Part shown: positions 25,639 through 37,841 of the stretch, one piece after another | Layout of the letters: each line of letters begins with the position of its first letter | Numbering within the stretch: the first letter of the stretch is position 1 | Notes under the pieces: generated by a model | Seen by the model: only the letters and a program-made list of their open reading frames with translations | Database searches by the model: none | What the model was told of the DNA's origin: nothing | NCBI RefSeq assembly: GCF_041146345.1 | Contig: NW_027191415.1 | Location: 1,116,001-1,180,000, forward strand | From: Neodothiora populina | Lineage: Eukaryota | Length of the DNA stretch: 64,000 bases | Reading direction: 5' to 3' | Program-made: the position numbers and the translations under genes

Positions 25639-26088
25639 TCACTCTAGATTGCCACCCATCCTCAACGCCGCCTCCTCAGCATCCACCACTCCAGACTCAA
25701 TCAGGGCAAAGACTTCCTCCAGCACAAAAATGTCCCTCCACATGACTTCGGCCCAGGTCTGCAAGTCGCCAAAGTCCTTGAGCGCCTCGGTCGCAGAGGC
25801 CATCATTTTCTCCGAGTCGTCGGCTTTGTGTTTGAGTATTGAAGTCTGTCGATCCAGGTACCGAATGTCGTTTGACAAGTCGCTGGATGACAAGGTCTCG
25901 TCGCTCGTTGTGGGAGATGTGCTGACGGGACAAGAGGGTTGAGAGGGGTTCAGTATTGCCTGGAGGGCTGACTTTGCATCTGCATGTCTTTGTTGTGAAA
26001 AGCCATCTGGCGACGAGGTTTGTATCGGCATCGAGCCATTCGTGTAAGCGGCACCTTGCTTCCATGAAGAGATCCAAGGCCAAGGCAT
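25639..26088 (-). CDS. BLOC-1 subunit 1 (BLOS1/GCN5L1)-like protein
   Basis: ALKDFGDLQTWAEVMWRDIFVLEE resembles the LKEIGDVQNWAE.LE.D family motif; short coiled coil. Confidence 0.75.
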   Translation of the reverse strand: MPWPWISSWKQGAAYTNGSMPIQTSSPDGFSQQRHADAKSALQAILNPSQPSCPVSTSPTTSDETLSSSDLSNDIRYLDRQTSILKHKADDSEKMMASATEALKDFGDLQTWAEVMWRDIFVLEEVFALIESGVVDAEEAALRMGGNLE

Positions 26089-27308
26089 TTTATTTTGGTT
26101 CTGTCAAGAGATGCGACGAGCAATGGCGAGGATGCACTGCGTGAATATATATTCAAAAATTGGTAGCACAAAGAAAATAGCTAGATACATGACTCTTGTC
26201 TCTCCGGCTCGTGAGTATGTGTCTGCCTTGGAACACAGCGCATATGGCACTGTCCTGTCCATCCCATTGGTTCACGCGGTCTTGGACTCCGGTGCTGAGG
26301 TGGCATTTTTACCCCCACCCTCCATCAATGCAGGGCTTACCTGCAGTCAGTGTGATTTAGATTAATTTAGATCGGTCACACGGAAGAAGAGCTTGGATGA
26401 ATCAAGAAGTAAAGACGCTCCTGACCTTTTGGCTGTCTAGTATCAGTTGGCAAGCAGGCAATATGAATCATTTTCGGGAAAGAGTGCAAGTGGCTGATAC
26501 TTAATCCATAACCTCACTGCCGGGCCATCCACCGCATGCTCGGCATTCACACCGTACACTATACCATGTGTCGATACCCCGCAGCAGCCGGGCAGCAAGA
26601 CCTGTATTTTATCCTCCGACGATCAGAGAAAAAGAAGACTCGTGCAGCATCGTGGTATCTTTATAATCAAAAGACACGGAGATTCAGCTACAGTAGTAGG
26701 CAATCACGCGAGTCAATCAATCATATCTCCAATGATGTGGAGAATCCCTGTTCCTTTTTCCCCTCCCGTTCGAGCCTGCTACTGTACCCTTGTCTCTAGT
26801 ACGTTTCTTCCCCCTCCTTCACGCCACTTTTTGTTGTTGATCAGTGACCTCACCAGGGCGTTTTGGAACCTTGGGGGTCGTTCGGTGACTTGTTTCATAG
26901 CTTGTGGTTTTTGATGGACGTTGACTGTGAAATGTAATGGTCTGTTTTTCTCGTCTTAGCAAGACTGTTCCTCTGCATTCAAGCTTCTGTTGTCGTTGAT
27001 ATCATACTTGCGACGCCTGTCGTACGCTGAAGCATTACTGTGTCGATTGTCGTGTGGCAAAAGAGCTGCGTCAAGAGCTGCTGACCGCGAAGGCGAGCTG
27101 CGCCCTTCGAACACGTGGTTTTGTTTTCAGCGCGACTCCATATTCCAGAGCGAGGATAAATAGTCAGACGAACATAAGCAGGCTCATACACAGGTGTTGT
27201 GAGATCAAGTGTTACTCACCAGAGACCTGGCTGTTTCAAAAGGCGTCTATTGTACGGACACGATCCTGCGACACTCATACCAGAAGTTGAAGAAAGGCAC
27301 AAGCCATC

Positions 27309-28484
27309 ATGAAGTTCACCAGAAGACAAATCGCCACGACCCTGAGCGTCATAGTAAGAGCGAACCTCAAAGACAGCCTTTCCTGTAGATCTAGCTGATG
27401 AAAACCACAGTACCTCGCTGTAATGACAGCGCTAGCTGCGTGAGTGATATAAATCAGCCTCTTCGTCTACAGCAGTCCATGGCAGCTAATAATCATTTTC
27501 GACTAACCCATTGACAAGCTACGCCCTCCACCAGTCCCATCACTACGCCGTACCCATAAGCTCAACACTCACATCCCTAACCCTGGCCCTTCCCCTCCTG
27601 GCAGGTCTAAGTCTCGAGACATCGACCGCGCTGGCCCGCTCCCTATCGACATCCAAAAAGTTCCGGCACCGGCACGCATCGAACATCCCCGCGGTGCTGC
27701 TGCCCTCGACCCTAACAGTGCTAGGTCTGCTCATGTACACGACCGTCGTCGCGACACTAGCAGGGACGCACATCTCGCCCGTCGGCGGCCTGAGCTGCGC
27801 CCTGCGAGAGAAATGGCAGAGCCTGTTCCGCGACAAGAACGGTAACCAGTTACGTCAGATCCAGGACGGGCTCGAGTGCTGTGGTTTTCGCACCGTGCGT
27901 GACATGCCGTTTCCGTTTCCTGCAGCTGGCAGAGGTGTCGGCGTCGACGAGTGTACGCGGTTGTGGCCTGAGCGGCTGCATAGGAGCTGTGAGGCTGGAT
28001 GGAGGGGCGTGGAAAGGACTAGTGCGGGGTGTATCCTCGCTGTTGCGATCGGGACGTTTTTCTGGATGGTGAGCCCCCCTTTGATTTTCTTTCTACACAC
28101 GAGACCTAACCCGGCATCAAGGCGATAATAGTAGCCATCCCAGCAATCCACCCGACGTGGGCGCGCGACTCTCTCCGTCTCTCATCCTCGTCCGCATCCT
28201 CCAAACCCCGCAACGCAGCCCTGCTCGAAGCAGCAACAGGAGGAAACTACGACGGCGCAAACGACGCCGAAGACCAGCACCGCAGAATCACAGATTACAA
28301 CGATGACGACGAAATCGACGAGGAGCCCTATAGAGATAACCCTGCCGAGACAGAGCAGGATCGGCAGGATCGTCTGCGCGAGATCGCGGCGTTGAATAAT
28401 GATTCGAGACTTGCGCTCCAGGTCGAGTCGAGTCGCGAACATCATCCTTCGAGACTTATGCGTGAGGTTGGGGATAGGGAGTGA
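27309..28484 (+). CDS. Fungal tetraspanin (Tsp3-like); introns 27354-27410, 27440-27518, 28069-28121
   Basis: Four hydrophobic segments, IQDGLECCGF motif, acidic C-terminal tail; all exons join in frame. Confidence 0.8.
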
Positions 28485-29162
28485 GAGGTGGGGGTGGGGC
28501 TTCTAGACGGGATCGGGAAGGAAGGAAGGTGGAGGTCAAAGGGGATGGGGCAGCGTCTTTTTTATCTCTCCTGCTCTGGTCGTTTTCTCTGTCTCCTGAT
28601 TTCAATTCTTGGGCTTGAGTACGGTGATCGCAGCGTTGGACCGGATGCACGAATGTGTCCATCTTGATGAGCTTTGCCTGAATTTCGCGGGAAGGAACAA
28701 ACTTAATTCAATGACCATCGTTTTATTCACAAACGGACTGGATTTATGCGTGGATGCATGCACGCCGTATCTCTATCGTGTCAGTAGATACCCCTGGGCC
28801 AGATGCGCCGTTGGCTAAGGTGCGATCTTTTCTTTTTCCGTCTTGCTGTCGCTGCTGTCACCGCATCGATGACCAAGAATTACAGGACACAATCACCAAT
28901 AGACAATTTCAATGCACAAGGTGGCCGGGACGGTCAGGAGGGTTGGTAGCAACTAAAAATCTTAAAAGAATTATGTCAACTATATAGCTATGAAAAAGTG
29001 AGAAAAACCATAAAACGGGTCGTGATTACGTCCAGTGGACGTTAATGTCGTGAGTAACTTCTGGCAGTAAGAAAAAGAAAAGGTTCGTTATGCATGCACG
29101 TGTGCTCCCGTCAACGCCGCCGCTTTGCTCCTTGTCCATACTCCGACTCGCTTCGAATACAT

Positions 29163-32100
29163 CTAGAAATGGATGACGTTGCCCAAACCATCCCCGAGTC
29201 CAGTGACTAAGTCACCGAGGCCCTCGCCGAGGTCGTTCAGCAAGTTGTCGGCTTCTTGAGTGGTCTCGCCGACGAAGCTCAGGACGGGCTTAACGACACC
29301 GTAGAGGTTGATGGCGGGAACAGAGCCAGTGGGAAGTTGGATGTAGATGGTCGAGGTCACCGTTGTGGCTGCTCCTACGCTCGCGGTAGATGTACCGCAC
29401 ATCAGGACGGCGCCGCAGAAGCTGATGCTCTCGGTAGGTAGAGTCAAGGGATCGCTGATGGGCAGAGGCGTGACGGATGGCACAGTTGTTGGAAGCGCGA
29501 GGGCAGAAGAAGGAACGCCAGCTACAATGCTGCTGACAATACCGGAGAGGTCAGAGGAAAGAGAAGACAGCTGTGCGCCGATAGCCACGCTAGGCAGGCT
29601 GAAGGAAGGAAGAGTTGCGCTGGCGCTGATTCCAGAGGCAATGGCGGAAATCTCAGACTGAATCGAACTGACTTGGGCAGTGGGCAATGTGATGCTCAAG
29701 CTTGGAAGTAGTGTAGGAAGAGCGAGTACACTCGAGACGTCTCCAGCCAAGGACGAAATCTCTGCACCGATACTAGGCAGGGCAGGAAGAGTCTCACTCG
29801 GGAGAGCAATCGTGGGAAGAGTAACGCTGGGAAGGCCAACACTAGGAAGACCAAGACTAGGAAGGGTGACGCTGGGAACACCCGACAGAGCAGCCGACAA
29901 CTGAGACGACAAGGCCGCAATATCAGAGGTAGGAACAGTAAAGCTAGGCAGGGTAGCACTGGCCTGAATACCGCTGATGAGGCTGGAAATGTCGGACTGG
30001 ATTCCTCCCAGAGATCCTGTGGGAAGGGTAAGACTGAGCGAAGGAACTGCAGTAGGCAGAGCAAGGACGCTAGTGATCTCGGCAGAAAGCGAACCAAGAG
30101 CAGCAGTAGCGCTGGAGGGGTCAAGACTAGGAAGGGCAATGCTAGGCAATGCTGCACTGGGAAGACCAGACTCAATGCTTGCGAGTGCAGAAGACAGAGC
30201 ACCGACTTGAAGCGAAGGCAAGGTGAATGCAGGGAGTGTGGCACTGGCACTGATGCCGCTGAGGAGACTGCTAGCATCGGCCGCGATACTGCTGAGTAGA
30301 GCGGTAGGGACAGCCAAAGACAGGCTAGGGTCAATGGTGGGGAGTGCGAGAAGGCTGGTAGCTTCGGAGACGAGATTTCCGAGGTTGGAAGTGGCAGCAC
30401 CAATGACTGCGCTACCAGCTGGGAGACTTGCACCAGCAATGACGCTAGAGACCTGTGCACCCAGAGAAGAGATCGCTGCAGTTGGGACGACAAATCCAGG
30501 GAGAGTTGCGCTGGCAACGACACCACTCTCAACGCTAGAGAGCTGACTGGCCAGAGAAGACAACGCACCAGTGGGAAGTCCAAGAGTTGGTAGAGCGAGG
30601 ACGGCGCTGACATCGGATGCAGCGTTGCCCAATGCCGACGTCGCGCTGGCTACAGCAGGATCAAGATTGGGGAGTGTTGCTCCAGCCAAAACGCTTGAAA
30701 ATTGTGCGGATAGAGACGACAACTCGCCTGTGGGTAGAGCGAACCCAGGAAGACTTGCGCTCGCGACGATGCTGGACAATTGGGACTGTAGGCTGCTCAA
30801 TGCAGATGGTACAACACCAGTGGCTGTAGGGATCGCAGCACCAATCGCAGAGGTAAGGCTTCCGGCCTCAGCAGTGGCGGCTGCGAGGATCGAAGATTGC
30901 GCACCGGGAAGTCCGCTAACGATAGCGCCGACCTGGCTCTGGATCGAAGACAATTCCAACGTCGGCAAGCTTGGGAGGAGCGTATTCGATCCCAGAGCGC
31001 CAGTAATGCTCGTCAACTCGTTGGACAAGATGCTCAATTGGGGAACGTTAACAGAAACACCCGCGCTGACGGTCGGCAGGGCAAGCAAGCTCGTAACTTC
31101 AGAGATGAGGCTGCCAGCTTGGGAGGTGGCGCTGGCAACAGCGGCGCCCACAGTGCTCTGAACACCAGCAGCAACCACAGACACCTCAGAACTGATGGAG
31201 GACAGAATCGAGACGGGAAGAGGTGTAACACCTGCCAAGATAGCACTCTGGACGCTTGAGAGCTGGCCAGAGATGCCAGAAAGCTGCGGAGTTGGGACAC
31301 CGACAGCAACGCCTAAGCTCACGCTAGGAAGAGCGAGCAAACTGCTCACTTGGGAAGCAAGAACTGCCGCATCCGATGACGCGGCCGAGGCAGCAGAACC
31401 AACGGCGGCACCGGCGTTGTTACCGAGCCCGGATGCAGCGCTAGAGACCTGAGCAGCAACACTGGAGATGGCGGCGGTAGGAGCAGTGAATCCAGGCAAT
31501 GTTGCGCTGACTGCGACGCCAGATAAGATGCTAGAAAGCTGAGCGCTGATTGACGCCACAGCAGATGTGGGAAGAGCGACTCCGGGCAATGTAGCACCAG
31601 CAGCGACACCGCTGGCCAAGCTGGAGAATTGCGAGATGACACTAGATAGTGCGGCAGTAGGCAGAGCCACAGCAGTGGGGGGGATTGTTACGCCCGCAGC
31701 AATGCTGGAAACTTGGGCGGCGACACTCGAAATGGCTGCAGTCGGCACAGTGAAGCCTGGCAAGGTCGCGCTCGCCGAGATGCCCGATATGATGCTGGAG
31801 AATTGTGCACCAGCAGACGCAACAGCAGAGGCTGGGGCCGCAGTACCAACGCTAGCGAGACTGGACAGTTGAGAAGCGAGACCAGACAGAGCCGAAGTTG
31901 GAGCTGCAATCCCGATGGATGGAAGACTGAGAGTAGGAAGATTAATGGTAGGAACACTGAGACTAGGCAGGCCGACACCGGGGAGGCTGAGAGTAGGCAG
32001 CTGTGCAGCGACACTCGAGACTTGAGCGGCGACACTAGAGATTGCGGCGGTAGGTGCAGTGAAGCTTGGTAGGGTTGCACTGGCCGCAACACCAGAAATA

Positions 32101-33235
32101 ATGCTCGATAGTTGTGCGCTAGCTGATGAAACAGCGGCCGAAGGAGCACCCGCGGCAGCAAGGCTAGAAATCTGGGAGGCAAGGCCAGAGAGAGCCGAGG
32201 TTGGAGCTGCGACTACGATAGACGGAATGCTGAAGGTAGGTAAAGCAACACTCGCGCCCGGAACGCTGAGGGTAGGAAGAGCAATGCTGACGCTAGGGAC
32301 GCTGAGAGTAGGAAGAGTGACGCTGGCACCAGGAATGCTCAGAGTGGGAAGACCGAGGGTAGGGAGCTGTGCAGCAACACTCGAGACCTGAGCAGCGACA
32401 CTAGAGATTGCAGCCGTGGGTGCGGTAAAGCTCGGTAAGGTTGCACTGGCCGCAACACCAGAAAGAATGCTAGATAGTTGTTTGCTAGCAGATGAAACCG
32501 CGGCCGAAGGGGCACCCGCGGCAGCGAGGCTAGAGATCTGAGAGGCAAGACCAGATAGAGCCGAAGTTGGAGCTGCAACCGCAATCGACGGGATGCTGAA
32601 CGTAGGAACGCTGACAGCAGGGATACTGAGAGTAGGAAGCTGTGCAGCCGCACTCGAAACCTGAGCTGCCACATTGGAAATTGCAGCCGTAGGTGCAGTG
32701 AAGCTCGGCAAGGTCGCGCTTGCTGCAACACCGGACAGTATGCTAGAGAGCTGTGCGCTAGCTGCAGAAACAACAGACGAGGGTGCACCAGCAGAAGCAA
32801 CGCTAGACAGCTGAGAAGCAAGACTAGACAAGGCCGCGGTTGGAGCTGCAATTGCAATAGAGGGAAGGGTTGGAAGAGCCCCCAGAGAAAGAGTCGGAAC
32901 GCGAACACTGAGCTGCGAGCTGAGCGATGACAGAGCTGGCGCTATCGACGAGGTTGGAAGAGCAGCAGCGACTGTGACGATGGAGATCTGGGTGGTAGTA
33001 GAAACAGCCGCACTTTTGACTGTCAGTAAATGTGAGTTATGGTAGGTTCTTTCAGTTCATACCAAGTTGAAGCACCTATAGAGACGGAAACTGGCGCCAC
33101 ACTTGCTTTGCTGCTCGAGGATAATCCGAGGAGGGCGCCGAGAAGTTGACGGCGTTCATTGTTTGCATATCTTTCTGCTGGGAGAGCAAAGACTTCCAGC
33201 ACGAAGAGTGCGGTCGGTAGCCAAGTGATGCGCAT
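29163..33235 (-). CDS. 1340-aa secreted Ser/Ala/Leu/Pro-rich repetitive protein; intron 33013-33062
   Basis: Signal peptide MRITWLPTALFVLEVFA, dibasic NERR site, many PT-A(L/I)SS(L/V)ASQ(L/I/V)SS repeats with SATLPxFT linkers; splicing keeps the frame into ORF 29163..32831. Confidence 0.88.
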
Positions 33236-35466
33236 GATTGTGATAGAAAGCCTGGATGCAAATTGTTGATGGATTGTCACAGAAATGGTGTCCACCACCG
33301 ATCTTTATATATCGGTGTCGAATATTCCATCAAGGTTGATAGACGGTCGGCAGAGGCCCAGCCATATCACGGCATCATTACCATTGAACGATTCAACCGC
33401 AGATAATGTTTCATCCTTCCTTGGGAAAACGATACAGTCAGTGATGGAACTGATCTCGCATCAATACCTATCCATAAGACAGGGTAAACACAACGTTGAA
33501 GGTATTATCCGATAGTGTGCACATCGGCGGGAGTTGAACCCCAGTGTCGGAGTCGATACGACAGTATACGAGCTCTATCGATCAGTTGGTGGCTGATGAG
33601 TTTAAAATCAAGCATGTTCATAGCGTCAGTCTGGTTTCACCTGGAAGGAGCATCTTGCTAAGAGCTTTGCAAGAGGACCACCACAACGATGGTGGGTTTC
33701 TACAAGCTTACGTTGTTCCATTGCCTCGGGAGGTGTCGTCAAAACCCGAAGGTAGCCAGATCGGTTGACGAGATTGAGGCCATCGTTCGATAAGACCAGC
33801 TTTGGGACCATCGTACATGATCAGCGGACAGTGACCACCTTGTGCAGCGGAAAATCGAAGTAGTGTTTCCCTTCTGGCCTGGCCTCCCAGTATACATCTG
33901 CTGTTGATGATGCTGTAAACAAGTCATTACCCCCATGGTTCACAGATGTCGCCTATTCGGATAGCGGGACGGGCCACCCGTTTAGTGACAAGCTCATGTC
34001 AACCTAGACTTAATGCGGTCCTGCGACGGTTTCGGTCTTGGAGCATATACACCGCTGAACGTCGGTCGTTTTCATGAGGATCTTGTGTGTAGAGAAACAA
34101 CGTCCGGATGAAGGCGAGCATCGGTTAAACGGCTTTAGAGGATATGAGATAGGATCAAGGATGTCTTAGACACGTTCCCTTTGTTTAGAAGGCGCCCGCA
34201 CTTACCGCCGAGGCTACTTGACTCGGAACGACAGCTGCATGCAGTGCATATCGAGCTCGAGTCAGCGTATACCAGCGTTTGACATGTGGGGAATGTCCGA
34301 CAGGAAAGCTTGCGGTTGAGGCCCGTGGCCGTCGCGATGATTTGGTAAAGTGTTGCGAGTCAGGCACTTACCCAATCTGTCGTCGATCTCTCATCTGCTT
34401 TCCATCTGCAATAAATATGCGTGCATGCGCTCTACAGCCACATGGAAGTGATTGATCTGCATACTCGCCGGGATGGCTACGTCAGTTTAGCAGGGAATTG
34501 TTCCGGAACTTCTCGAATACCTTGGAGTTTTATTGCTGGTGACCCATCCAAGCATATCTACCTTTCATCAGCACAACAGGAGGGCAAACAGCCCCTTCAC
34601 GCTATACGATCGGTGCAAGATGCTCCATGATAACCCCGTCTCGGAGTTCGCTAGAGGATGCGATTTTACCATATCTGTGGCTTCTCAACGATCACGATTT
34701 CAGAATGCGTCGAAGCGGCCAGACAATTCCATGTTCGCAGCCTCGGCATGAACCGACATTGGCAAAGAGGATGAAGAAACAAGTCTACCTTCAACGTCCA
34801 TGCAGAACGCTAGAAGAGATACTGAATGTATCGGACAGCACGACGAAACAGTATTAGCCAGTACACCGACACACTGGTAGGTCAAAGACGACAATAGTAG
34901 AGATTCGCCTGCTTGCGGTTTAGCTTGTCTGTGCGTTGTTCGGATTGGGTGAAAAGTGGGGAAGAACCCGCACCAAACCAGTTCGCTGAACAATCTCAAC
35001 GGGTTCAGGGTTTGGGGGGGAAACCCTGAAATGGATCCTACTCCGAGATTACCTTTCCATCTAGGAAATGACGACGAGATGGTCGGGCCTCTCGCCGATC
35101 AGAAATTAACACGAAGAAAGTTACCTCCGAAATGTCCATCCTTTTCAGAGCACGACATCTTGCAACGGTCTTTGTGAAAGGCAAAGGTCCCCAAAGGATT
35201 CATGCCCCTAGCCCGGACCGACATGGAACTTTGTGCTGTGGGACAGTTGAGATGAGGTGCTTAACCGGGACACACTTCCAGCCTCCTGGGCTCTGAGTTA
35301 CGACAGTTATGATGGATGGATCACTTGTGCATGATGCAATTTTGTCGATCCGGTTGAAGTCGGTACTGCACGGTCGTCTCCCCTGTAATTTGTGATAGGC
35401 CTGATCCGTGGCACTCTGAATCTAGTCGTCCAATGTATAGCGGCAACGATACAGAGTCGATCGCCT

Positions 35467-36945
35467 TCACCGACCCGATTCTAGCCTCTCTACTTCTTCT
35501 CTGACCTTGGCGATCTCTTCTTTCACTGCCTTGACATCTTCGACGACCTTTTCCAGTCCCCTGCCTTTGCTTTCAAGTTCTTCGAGCATTGCTTCTCGCC
35601 TCCTCAAGATATTCACAACTCTACGGCCTTCGTCTTGGACCTCGTCCATCTTGTGGATCAAGACTTGTTGAGTTTGTTTGTCGTAGACTTGACTGACGAC
35701 TTGCGCCTTTAGCACTGCAAACTTCTTTTCCATTCCCTCAGCCACAACGGCCAGGTAAGCTGCCTTGGCCCGCGTATGTCGTGCTACTTTGCCGTGGATG
35801 ACCTGCTCAAGGACGCGAATTAGAGTTTCATACAGTCGGGTGTGGATTATCAGTAGACTAGAGATCTGTGTCCCCAGCTCGATTCGGGAAGCACTGAGTG
35901 CGGCGCGATTCGTGTCAAGGGCGATCTTGAGATTGGTAGTATGTTCCAGCAAATCGTTGGGTGGATCGCTCGGATCTAGATGACAATCAGTCTTCGCGCC
36001 GCCCCTAAAGGACCGAGGTATTGGATGATGCAGACCCGCGGCTGTAGAGATCAGTTCAACGTTTCGTTGTAGGTGGTCGCCGATCACAGGCGCAATGGTG
36101 TCAATCTCTTCCTATAGCGTTCGATTCAGTATACATATCCACGTATTGCGTCGGCAAAAGCCAATTTGGACAATCGCTGGTTTGTGAATTCTTACCATGA
36201 AGTATTCGATCTCCCCATCGATGATTTCTCCATCTGCATCATTCACATTCCCATCAAGCTGGGCAGAAACGATTTGCATGACCTGTTGAAGCTGTCATGA
36301 GATCAGCAAAGGATTGCTCGCAGATTGCGGCTGTGAAACGAAGAAGCAAAAGAGAACCAAGACAGCGTCTGAGAGATTAGGTCATGTAGTCGATCTTTTG
36401 TGAAGAACGCGCCCTTGCATCGTGCTAAATGGCCCAGTAAACAGAACATGACCCATTGACGGAATGTTGGAAAACTGACTGCCGAATCGAGTAAGAAAAC
36501 GTACCTCTTCCGGCACCACGCCTTGTTCAAAAGCTACCACTCGTAGGGAATCCCGAAGGATGGCATTTTTTGCTTCTCGGACACGTACTTCGTGTAGTGC
36601 CTGCGTCATAGGGATATGTTGATCAGCGACTTGAACTGACTGCTGCGTCATTGTGTCTTTGCGCCGAGCGACTGTCATCGGAGAGGGCTACATTGACATA
36701 GTAATGCTGGGACATGGCGACACCATTCGGATCGTAGCAACGGTGAATGCGAAAGAATGAATGACCGAAGATGCCAATACTTAGGAACGGCCTACCTTTT
36801 GGAACTCGTTACTTTTCTTCAATTCTTTCAAGTCCCTCAGCTTCGACGCGCCATTTCCATGTAACCGATTCTTCTGCAGATCAGAGTATAGAGCCGCGAA
36901 TTGAGGATTTGCGCTCAACACATCTAGATCTGGATGAGGAAGCAT
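35467..36945 (-). CDS. Conserved fungal coiled-coil protein, HAUS4/augmin-like; introns 36601-36795, 36292-36504, 36112-36195
   Basis: Spliced MLPHPDLDVLSANPQFAALYSDL..K|ALHEVR..EE|LQQVMQIVSAQL..YFM|EEIDTIAPV..LEQVIHGKVARHTRAKAAYLAVVAEGMEKK. Family assignment is from recalled similarity only. Confidence 0.65.
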
Positions 36946-37841
36946 CTTCGTGTATTGTTTTCCTCAAGAGGTACAGGGTCGGGACGCCGAATACTGCTCG
37001 TTAACTTTAGGTAGGTCGCTCCACCAACACAGCTGGAGCACAACGAATAGAACAATGCGACTCCTTTGACTCGGTCTCTACTCTCGGTCCGAGTGCGATT
37101 GAGCTAGCAAAGATGAGATACAAGATTCCAATGGCGTGCGCAATCGTCAAGCTACAATGGTAAGTAGAACCAGACTAAGTAAAGATAGAGTCGAGCGTCA
37201 TGTCCGTGCGCGATACAATCGGCCATCCCTCGGTGATCTACAGGGTCTGTTATTCTTGGCATCCTCCGTCCGAGTGCAGCAAATACCAAGGACAAGCCAC
37301 AATCATCTTCAACTGACAGGAAAAGGCAGGCACAACAACGTCAAGGCAGTTTATTTCATTTCTCGTGTGCCAAAGGCTTGATCTGCACAGCCCTCAGCCC
37401 GCTGGGACTGCTTGAAAAGTGTAAGAAGAAGAGTAATGTACAGTACAAAGGGCGTTCCTCCATGCTTGGGTCTCGTCTCCATCATCCTCGTTTCATTCTC
37501 CATCAAAAACTCAACGCTGTACTTTCGCAATCCACAATTATTCGGCCAACTTCTAGAAGCGCTATTCAAAAAAGCAAATAGTCTGATCCTGCTCTCCGTC
37601 CTCCCCATTCCGGAAAAGACAAGGGAGGAGAAAATGATCATGCAAGTAAGTCGTCATCGTGCGCTGGAGAAATAGTTTACAATGAGGGGTATTACTGATA
37701 ACGGCTTGCAGGTAAAAGGATCAATCGTTTTGTGCCAAGATAGAGCAGGCAAGAACGAAAGTTGTCGGAAGAGGCAAGACAAGCGACAGTCATTAACCTG
37801 TCTCTGCAATGACGTGCATAAGGACAGCAGCAGCGATCCGT

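Noticed and set aside
29256..32908. Many antisense and alternate-frame ORFs over the repeat protein
   Set aside because: Shadow ORFs caused by biased repetitive codons.
33515..33600. GGTTCAACTCC on the minus strand resembling a tRNA T-loop
   Set aside because: T-stem pairs only 3 of 5, and no matching acceptor stem or D-arm was found.
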